From Escherichia phage FEC14, in sequence record MG383452: a stretch of 64,000 bases of DNA. One strand, 5' to 3'. Shown here in pieces: positions 57,612-64,000 of this stretch. Position 1 is the stretch's first letter. Every line of letters begins with the position of its first letter. The position numbers and the translations under genes are program-made. The notes beneath the pieces were generated by a model, which saw only the letters and a list, made by a program, of their open reading frames with translations, was not told where the DNA came from and made no database searches.

Positions 57612-58007
57612 TTATTCGCTTTTTGCCCGACTTGGGCGAATAGTGTATTTTGGAACCAATTTCCACTCAGAAACTTGGTCATGTTTTACAACTTTGATCC
57701 GAGACATGTCAGCCACTTCGGTTATTTGTTCCGGATGCAAGATCTTAACCATATTCCATTGCTCCAGAAGCCGTATAATCCGATTCATACGCAGGACATC
57801 TTCACGCGTAAAGCCGTTGTAGTGCCCATCTAGCATGAACAAATGCTTGAAATGCACGATGTGATATCTGCCAAATTTATGCAGGATATGGCACGTTTGA
57901 TACAAGGTGTTAGGCTCTTGACGAGTGTTAACCCCTATCCGACTCAGCGTTTCCTTGATACCCAGGAAAATCCCTGGTTTGTCTTGGTTCAATTGAACTT
58001 CAACCAT
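57612..58007 (-). CDS. regA: RegA translational repressor
   Basis: LYQTCHILHKFGRYHIVHFKHLFMLDG and EWKLVPKYTI match T4 RegA; start at MVEVQLNQ aligns with T4 MIEITLKK (tracked ORF has 23 extra codons). Confidence 0.7.
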   Translation of the reverse strand: MVEVQLNQDKPGIFLGIKETLSRIGVNTRQEPNTLYQTCHILHKFGRYHIVHFKHLFMLDGHYNGFTREDVLRMNRIIRLLEQWNMVKILHPEQITEVADMSRIKVVKHDQVSEWKLVPKYTIRPSRAKSE

Positions 58008-58105
58008 ACAGTCAACAATGCTGGCCTCATCGTTGACAGCTGAAAGTTTTAAGATGTCCAGCGTATTACGCGCCATGACTCATACCCCTTTAACAATTAT
58101 TTGAA

Positions 58106-58528
58106 TTACTTAGCCTTGCGCGGTTTGGCTTTTTCGTTGCTGTTGGAACGTTCGACCTTCGCCTTGATTTCAGCCAGGACTTCTTTCGGCAGGAATCGAA
58201 CATATTCTGAAGCCTTTTCAGGACTGATGTAATAATACTCAGAAATCAATTTCACATCAGGATCCATAGCTCCCTTCTTAGACCACTTGTCATAGCGACG
58301 TTTTGCCGGAATGCTATGAAACGCCAGGTTCCATTGCATCCAAGGAGTAATGGCATGGAAGCGGTTCATTTGTTCGGCAACCACAAGCGTGTCTTTACTC
58401 TGAGCAAGGCCGCGCCGAGTCATGAAAGGATCAAATGCCTTTCTGATTTCGGGGTCTTCGGTCATCAACAGATTCTCTTTGGTGCTATTCAACGCACCGA
58501 GGTAATCGAACAGTGACGGAGCGGCCAT
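58106..58528 (-). CDS. 62: clamp-loader small subunit, gp62-like
   Basis: 140 aa; position between 44 and regA; PAKRRYDKWSKK resembles T4 gp62 PRGKRYGKWAK. Confidence 0.6.
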   Translation of the reverse strand: MAAPSLFDYLGALNSTKENLLMTEDPEIRKAFDPFMTRRGLAQSKDTLVVAEQMNRFHAITPWMQWNLAFHSIPAKRRYDKWSKKGAMDPDVKLISEYYYISPEKASEYVRFLPKEVLAEIKAKVERSNSNEKAKPRKAK

Positions 58529-58532
58529 AATA

Positions 58533-59522
58533 TTACTTCCATTTGATGTTGAGCATGACGTTAGTCAAGAAGTAAACGCCGTGTAACCAGACGTCGCCGA
58601 CGGAACGATGTTCAATCTGAGACTGACCACAGACGCATACCAGATCAGGGATTGACTCGTTTTGAATCAAAGGAGTCTTTTCCTTGTTCTGGGGAACGCA
58701 GAAATGGAAGAAACGGGAATAAAAATCTTCAGTGATGTAGTTTTGGTTGTCGGTCACCCACTGCTTCATCCCAGCCCAATCATTGGTTTTCAGGAAATCA
58801 ACCAACGCTTGGAATTCCCCTGCTTTAACCTGTGCCAGAGCGCGTTCATCGATTTTACCAAACGTGGTGGCATTATCCTGAAGAGTTCCCATAATTTTGC
58901 GATTATCTGGGAAATATGATTTCACAATGGAAGCAATTACACCAGCTTCATACGGAATGCCTTCCTCTGTCAGGATAGTTGCGCAACGACGCATGAATTG
59001 GAGTTTAACTTCATCTGCTTCCTTTTCAGACCAGATAAAATCAATTTCACGACAGCGGGAACGCAGAGGTTCATTAACGCGCTGTTTCGCATTAGTCGTC
59101 AGGATGAAGGAGCAGTTTTTGGAGACTTTCTCTACGATGCCTTTCAGGGATTCCTGTGCCGCCATGGAAAGTCGCTCAACTTCATCAAGGATAACGACTT
59201 TGCGGCCACCGAAAACACTGACGCCAGTTGCGTATTGAATAACGCGGTCACGAATGACATCAATGCTGTTATCCAGTGACGCATTGATCATCAACGGTTT
59301 GATACAACCGATTTCGTTACACACAGCCAGAGCAGAAGTAGTCTTGCCCGTACCAGGCTGAGGGGAATAGAACAGCATTGAGGGGATGTTTCCATTGCCT
59401 GATGTAACATAGCCATGGATTTTTGCACGGACGTCTGAAGGGAGGACGATCTCATCCAGATTGTCAGGGCGATATTTGTTTTCCCACGCATATTGATCTG
59501 TGACGATAGTGATGTTAGACAT
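58533..59522 (-). CDS. 44: clamp-loader AAA+ ATPase, gp44-like
   Basis: 329 aa; WENKYRPDNLDEIV, P-loop PQPGTGKTT, DEVERL, SRCREI match T4 gp44/RFC. Confidence 0.85.
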   Translation of the reverse strand: MSNITIVTDQYAWENKYRPDNLDEIVLPSDVRAKIHGYVTSGNGNIPSMLFYSPQPGTGKTTSALAVCNEIGCIKPLMINASLDNSIDVIRDRVIQYATGVSVFGGRKVVILDEVERLSMAAQESLKGIVEKVSKNCSFILTTNAKQRVNEPLRSRCREIDFIWSEKEADEVKLQFMRRCATILTEEGIPYEAGVIASIVKSYFPDNRKIMGTLQDNATTFGKIDERALAQVKAGEFQALVDFLKTNDWAGMKQWVTDNQNYITEDFYSRFFHFCVPQNKEKTPLIQNESIPDLVCVCGQSQIEHRSVGDVWLHGVYFLTNVMLNIKWK

Positions 59523-59540
59523 TGCAGCCTCTTTAGATAA

Positions 59541-59569
59541 AACGTTTCAAAGGGCGGGGAAACCCCGCC
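59541..59569 (-). terminator. stem-loop/terminator GGCGGGG-AAA-CCCCGCC downstream of gene 45
   Basis: perfect 7-bp GC-rich stem then CTTTGAAACGTTTT on minus strand. Confidence 0.5.
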
Positions 59570-59599
59570 ACCGATAATAAAGCACCGAATCGTTATTGA

Positions 59600-60268
59600 T
59601 TAATCCAGCTGCATGCCGACGTAATAGTTGATGGTGCCGTCTGCGGATTGGAAGTTAACCAGTTGCATTTCGGCACAGGCGCGGATCACATAGTTGCCTT
59701 CGATCATTTTCAGGTTGACCACATCAACAGGCATAGCAAAATCACCCAGAGTTGTTTCACCCAACTCAACAGTGTAATCGTTGGAATTGTCGATAGTAGT
59801 AGTCGTGCCCACCAGACGAGTTTTACCGCCGCTGGCAACCAGACGTACAGTTTTGTGGCCCAGAGTAGAACAGGCGCGGGTCAGCTCTTTCATTTTTTCA
59901 GGAGTGACTGTTGCTTCAAATTCTACAGACGGGAGATCGATGCTGTCTGCCGGAACGACAGTCAGTTCTTTAGCGGAACGCCAGAATTGCAGTTGGGAGT
60001 TTTCACCTTTCAGCAAAATGTGGTCTTCCGACATTTCAATTTTACCGCCTTTAAAACTCGGCAGACGCTGGATTGCCAGCAATTTGGTCAGATCCAGAAT
60101 CGGGAATTCGAACGGGAAGTCTTCGTCAATGTCGGCAATAGCGATAACTGTACTGGAATCGTTAACAGTGCGCAACTTTTTACCAGGTGCCAGAACGATA
60201 GAGGGGCAGATGGTTTCAAAGTTAGCCAGCAGTTGTAAAGTGCGTTCGGAGAGAGTGATCTCTTGCAT
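59600..60268 (-). CDS. 45: sliding clamp, gp45-like
   Basis: 222 aa from MQEITLSERTLQLLANF (T4 MKLSKDTTALLKNF) with GAGGA RBS; tracked ORF begins at upstream TTG. Confidence 0.85.
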   Translation of the reverse strand: MQEITLSERTLQLLANFETICPSIVLAPGKKLRTVNDSSTVIAIADIDEDFPFEFPILDLTKLLAIQRLPSFKGGKIEMSEDHILLKGENSQLQFWRSAKELTVVPADSIDLPSVEFEATVTPEKMKELTRACSTLGHKTVRLVASGGKTRLVGTTTTIDNSNDYTVELGETTLGDFAMPVDVVNLKMIEGNYVIRACAEMQLVNFQSADGTINYYVGMQLD

Positions 60269-60283
60269 TAGTTGTATCCTCAA

Positions 60284-60607
60284 AATATAGTGGGGTTCAA
60301 GTCATATTTGACGCAAATTAGTATCGCGTGTTTGTAGTTATAGAACAAGTGATAAATTGCCCTACGCGCGATAAATAAATGCCTGACGGCATTTATAATA
60401 TTCTGTTTTAATAAAACCTTTCTTTATCAGTCTACTCGCTTCGCTCGTGATAATACTCGTTGCTCGCAAAGCTCACAACTCGTATATTACGCACGGATTG
60501 TTCAACAAGAAAGCGATTTTTATTCAACAAGTAAAATATTTTATTTGGTCTAAACAGAGCATGACATTATTATGTAGCCAAGTTTGCTAACACGTGAGAA
60601 ATAATAT
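60284..60607. promoter_or_regulatory. AT-rich divergent control region upstream of gene 45 with palindrome over a TATAAT and CTCG-repeat array
   Basis: TAAATGCC-TGAC-GGCATTTA palindrome at 60376-60395 overlapping TATAAT 60394-60399; repeated (T/A)ACTCG(C/T)T motifs 60430-60490. Confidence 0.3.
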
Positions 60608-60973
60608 ATGAAGCAATTTGTTGGTTTATACGCAGTAGGGGAAGACCAAGAAGCAATTCTTTCCATATCAGAACAACGTTCGTCATTAAAAGGCGTTTAT
60701 TTACAAAGCCTTTTCTGTACATCGGGGTTTATTGTGTCACCGATGTTGGTGATACCATTACTCCCAAATAACAAAGGTCTGTATGTTGGCATTATTCAAC
60801 AAGGCCAGGCGCGGGAAGTGAAAGTTGTTCCACTGCTGGCATCTAATGAAGAATTGTTTTCTCAGATTCTTGAGCCGAAAGTGCTACAACAATGTATTGG
60901 CACGATCGACTGTTTATTTGGTTCCAACAAAGAAGGCGAGGCAACCCCCGCCTATGTGAATCAAGATATTTGA
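60608..60973 (+). CDS. hypothetical protein (121 aa)
   Basis: ORF track; weak RBS; only plus-strand ORF in this neighbourhood. Confidence 0.3.
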   Translation: MKQFVGLYAVGEDQEAILSISEQRSSLKGVYLQSLFCTSGFIVSPMLVIPLLPNNKGLYVGIIQQGQAREVKVVPLLASNEELFSQILEPKVLQQCIGTIDCLFGSNKEGEATPAYVNQDI

Positions 60974-60978
60974 AATGG

Positions 60979-62481
60979 TTAGAGCGCCACTTTTTTCATT
61001 TTAACAGGGTGGCGCTCCATAAGATAAAATTTATATCTCTCATGAGAATGCCTGAGAGCATGGTTGTAGGAACCGTTGTAACGCAGGTTGTCTACCAGGT
61101 CCCAGATTCGCGCAACATCCTTAGAGGAATGCTGACGCATCAAACGCCCCAATGTCTGTATAACACGGATATAAGATTTGCTGGGATGGGCCAATATCAG
61201 ATGATGGAGTTTTTTGATAGATACGCCCTGTTGCATAGTACCATATGATGCTAACAGTGTTATATCTTCCCCTTCTTCCATAGCAGCCTGAATCTGTTTA
61301 CGAACTTCTGTCTTGACTTCCCCGTTGATGACGAATACGTTTTTCTTGACTGCCGATAGCATTTCATAAACCAACATCATGTGTGCATCGATACGTTCGA
61401 ACATGACTGCGACGTTCCCTTTCAAAGATAGAGCCATTCGGGCTATCAATTCATTGCGGCGTTCGTTAGCAATGAGGAATTCTATTTCCTTTTGATACTC
61501 AGCACCGTGCATTTCAATACAGTCTGCCATAGGATGTATGACTTCAATCATATTAACATTGATGTCTGCCGCATATCCTAGATCGATTAAATCGCGCGCT
61601 GTAATAATTTTATGATATGCGCCAAAGTGAGCAACGACTTGTAACCCTGCGACCTTTGTATTCGCCAGGGTTCCGGTTACTCCCAAACGTTGATCAGCGT
61701 TAATACAGTTGTTCAAGATGTAAGACAATTTATCTGATTTTGATGTATGTACTTCGTCAACGACGATATCTCCAAATTGATGGAACCACTCTTTGGGTTG
61801 GTTCTGGATACCTTGCCAAGTTGAAATAACTATGGGTTTGAAAATCTCTTTCGTTGCCCCTTCGTATATTGTCTGGACGTTCATCAATGGCTTCCATTCT
61901 GTCCCGTGGCTATATTCTTCGAAGTTGTCATACAACTGAGTCACCAAATGAATGGATGGTACAACAATTAACGTCCTCAGATTACTTTCGAGGGCATCTC
62001 TGCGTTGCCTGTAGTAACGCGCCATGATGTACAAAATAAAGGATTTGCCAGCACTCGTGGCAGCTTCGAGGACACATCTGCTTTGGCGTATTGCTGTGGC
62101 AACAGAATCAAATTGATAATCGCGGACAATCGCTTTTTGATATTGTTTGTTTTCGTCTCGGTACACCGCATTCAATGTATCGATGAACGCATGAATTTCT
62201 TCATCCGGAATGTCTTGAATATATTTTAAGGCCGGATCTAATTTGATGGTGTAACCGTTCATCTTACAGAATTTGAACACCTCAAATAACAGGCCGATGT
62301 CGATAAGCCCAGAACTCTTTGTGAACAACCGCACTACGCCGTCCCATTTACTGAACGGATTCGGTTGGAAATTAGGATCTTCAAATTTGAAGTAATCGTT
62401 GAGTTCTTCACGGATATAATCCTCGGCAAGGATCCGCATTCTAACTTCGTTCACTTTGACTATTTGGATCTCAGACATCAC
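60979..62481 (-). CDS. uvsW: UvsW SF2 DNA/RNA-DNA helicase
   Basis: 500 aa; PTSAGKS-like motif I (EAATSAGKS), DEVH box, WQGIQNQPKEWFHQFG matches T4 UvsW WQTVVKQPKEWFSQFG. Confidence 0.8.
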   Translation of the reverse strand: MMSEIQIVKVNEVRMRILAEDYIREELNDYFKFEDPNFQPNPFSKWDGVVRLFTKSSGLIDIGLLFEVFKFCKMNGYTIKLDPALKYIQDIPDEEIHAFIDTLNAVYRDENKQYQKAIVRDYQFDSVATAIRQSRCVLEAATSAGKSFILYIMARYYRQRRDALESNLRTLIVVPSIHLVTQLYDNFEEYSHGTEWKPLMNVQTIYEGATKEIFKPIVISTWQGIQNQPKEWFHQFGDIVVDEVHTSKSDKLSYILNNCINADQRLGVTGTLANTKVAGLQVVAHFGAYHKIITARDLIDLGYAADINVNMIEVIHPMADCIEMHGAEYQKEIEFLIANERRNELIARMALSLKGNVAVMFERIDAHMMLVYEMLSAVKKNVFVINGEVKTEVRKQIQAAMEEGEDITLLASYGTMQQGVSIKKLHHLILAHPSKSYIRVIQTLGRLMRQHSSKDVARIWDLVDNLRYNGSYNHALRHSHERYKFYLMERHPVKMKKVAL

Positions 62482-62507
62482 TAATTTCCCCCAATATTAT
62501 GGAGTAT

Positions 62508-63254
62508 TTAGCGATCCGCCCAGATTCCTTTCTGTTCTTTACCCATTTTGTGATACAGACGGACACGATCAAACATTTTAGAAATAACGTCTTTGCGATC
62601 GAATTCGATTATGGTGGGAACAAGGGCATTTTCGTTGGATATAATATTGATTAAACGCTCTATCTTGACATTAAACATTTGTTGAAACATGACTGAGTAT
62701 AGACACAATTGAATACTATAATCTTCTATCATGCTTCGAGTTTTTAGGGTGTTGGATGTTTTGAAATCGATTATGCTTGGAATTCCTTCGTAAACCCCGA
62801 TGAGGTCAACACGACCAGCAAGACCCAGGACTTCGCTATATAATGGAATCTCTTGTGCATATATCTTGCTCATTTTGTTAAGGTAGGGGAAAACCTGTTT
62901 GAACATAAACACGTATTCCCCTGCAGCTTCCAGAACTTCCTTCATTGGTCTGTTTTTGAGATACAACTCACAAGCCAAATGAAGTTTTTCCCCACGGTCT
63001 GCGCAACGATGTGTTTCTATATCAGCAGCTTCATGTCCCAACTTGTCCCGCCAGGCTTCTAACCATGTGTGGTCACCAGTACGCCCTAACATGGTCGTCA
63101 CTGAAGTTAGTTTGACTCCAGTGGGGGAAACATAGTGACGACCATTTTCGGTAGTTACGCAAGTCAGTTCCTTAAACGGCAAGGAATATTGCTGAAATGT
63201 GTGATGACGATTTTCAAAGTCATTAAGTTTGCGCAAAGCCTGTAGAGAAACCAT
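62508..63254 (-). CDS. putative PD-(D/E)XK nuclease-like protein
   Basis: ATG 63254 overlapping upstream stop (TAATG); GRVDLIGV ... IIDFKTS D...D-x-K arrangement; tracked ORF begins at upstream TTG. Confidence 0.35.
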   Translation of the reverse strand: MVSLQALRKLNDFENRHHTFQQYSLPFKELTCVTTENGRHYVSPTGVKLTSVTTMLGRTGDHTWLEAWRDKLGHEAADIETHRCADRGEKLHLACELYLKNRPMKEVLEAAGEYVFMFKQVFPYLNKMSKIYAQEIPLYSEVLGLAGRVDLIGVYEGIPSIIDFKTSNTLKTRSMIEDYSIQLCLYSVMFQQMFNVKIERLINIISNENALVPTIIEFDRKDVISKMFDRVRLYHKMGKEQKGIWADR

Positions 63255-63709
63255 TACATCCCATCCAAATATTTTCGCCAATCAATAGCATTCTTCACTT
63301 CATATCCGAGTTTGTTCAAACGATCTAAGCAACTTTCGATGAACTTGACTTTGGCTTTCTGCTCTTGAAGCATGCTAGACAATTCGATATAATCATCATC
63401 TGCTTTTACCCATACGTCTATATCAGATTTCAGGGGGCGAACTTTTAATGGACGTTCAACATAAACGTTGGGTGGCAATTCCCCTGCATAAAATCGGCGT
63501 AAATAGAGATCTATTTGGCGGAATTTGCCAGTTAGATACTCCAGATATCTTCCTTCACGAATATAATGGCGTTGCACAGTCATCCACGAACGACCAATTT
63601 TCAATGACATTTGGTCTAAGTTCATGTCTTCAGGATTTACCGAAATAAGAGGCTCCAATTCTGCCATTATATCTTCGGTTTTCATCGTTTCAAGTTTTGT
63701 TTCGCTCAT
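63254..63709 (-). CDS. hypothetical protein (151 aa)
   Basis: ORF track; preceded by tandem TATAAT-containing repeat. Confidence 0.45.
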   Translation of the reverse strand: MSETKLETMKTEDIMAELEPLISVNPEDMNLDQMSLKIGRSWMTVQRHYIREGRYLEYLTGKFRQIDLYLRRFYAGELPPNVYVERPLKVRPLKSDIDVWVKADDDYIELSSMLQEQKAKVKFIESCLDRLNKLGYEVKNAIDWRKYLDGM

Positions 63710-63731
63710 GATTTATTCCCTGCTGTTTCAA

Positions 63732-63761
63732 CTCTCTGTATTATAACTCTCTGTATTATAA
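63732..63761 (-). repeat. perfect tandem repeat 15 bp x 2 (minus strand TATAATACAGAGAGT), each unit carrying TATAAT
   Basis: plus-strand ACTCTCTGTATTATA at 63732-63746 and 63747-63761, between two minus-strand genes. Confidence 0.7.
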
Positions 63762-63763
63762 CT

Positions 63764-64000
63764 TATTGTTTATCAATTTCGCGGGTGACGCGAGTCGGAG
63801 TCAGTTTCAAATATTTGAACGTGACAGTCGTGACCAGTTGGGGAACCGCAGCATCCACATCCACCAATACGTTGTCCAAAGCTGTGGGACGGGCTTCTTC
63901 CAACAACAATTGTAGACCAACAGGGCGATTCATGTTATTAAGAAGGTCGATGGTGATGTCACGGCTAACAGCTAAATCAGATCCAGCATTGGACGCAATC
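63764..64000 (-). CDS. hypothetical protein, C-terminal fragment (gene start lies beyond window end)
   Basis: open minus-strand frame from window end to TAA at 63766-63764 (...VTFKYLKLTPTRVTREIDKQ). Confidence 0.3.

Noticed and set aside
59648-60290. Plus-strand ORFs 59648-60238 and 59781-60290
   Set aside because: Antisense to the confidently identified sliding clamp gene 45.
60983-61016. Inverted repeat GAGCGCCAC ... GTGGCGCTC as a terminator for uvsW
   Set aside because: Loop is about 16 nt and there is no downstream T-run on either strand; also partly inside the uvsW coding region.
1-64000. tRNA genes, CRISPR arrays, integrase/transposase or homing-endonuclease insertions
   Set aside because: No tRNA-like T-loop/anticodon-stem signatures found in intergenic regions by eye, no arrays of more than two repeat units, and no recombinase or HNH/GIY-YIG motifs recognised; a tRNAscan/Infernal run would be needed to exclude small RNAs definitively.

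Overview
This window is a densely packed, mostly minus-strand segment of a large virulent myovirus genome of the T4 superfamily; all calls are from reading the sequence and ORF track, with no database searches run. Recognisable T4-core genes are helicase 41, uvsX, ssDNA-binding 32, primase 61, the Mre11/Rad50-like pair 47/46, clamp 45 with loader 44/62, regA, uvsW, a 55-like late sigma factor, baseplate 5 and 25, nrdA/nrdB/nrdH, dNMP kinase, PhoH, RNase HI, an HU-like protein and an endolysin. Local gene order is T4-like (uvsX-40-41; 55-47-46; 45-44-62-regA) but the global order is rearranged, and no DNA polymerase 43, glucosyltransferase or canonical 246-aa dCMP hydroxymethylase is present. 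The most interesting candidate system is a pyrimidine-modification module upstream of uvsX: a 349-aa thymidylate-synthase/hydroxymethylase-fold enzyme, a PNK-type P-loop kinase and a MazG-like pyrophosphatase, with three large unassigned proteins downstream of regA as possible partners. This points to hypermodified DNA, as in ViI-like phages, but that is inference. Other notable items are a cluster of four proteins with T4-type capsid-targeting N-termini, an acyl-carrier-protein homologue with Asp in place of the phosphopantetheine Ser, a DinG-type helicase, an SPFH-like lipoprotein island, repeated stem-loop/RBS cassettes and two perfect tandem duplications. Three exact TATAAATA late promoters and many rho-independent terminators are visible. 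No tRNA, rRNA, CRISPR array, integrase or transposase was detected.
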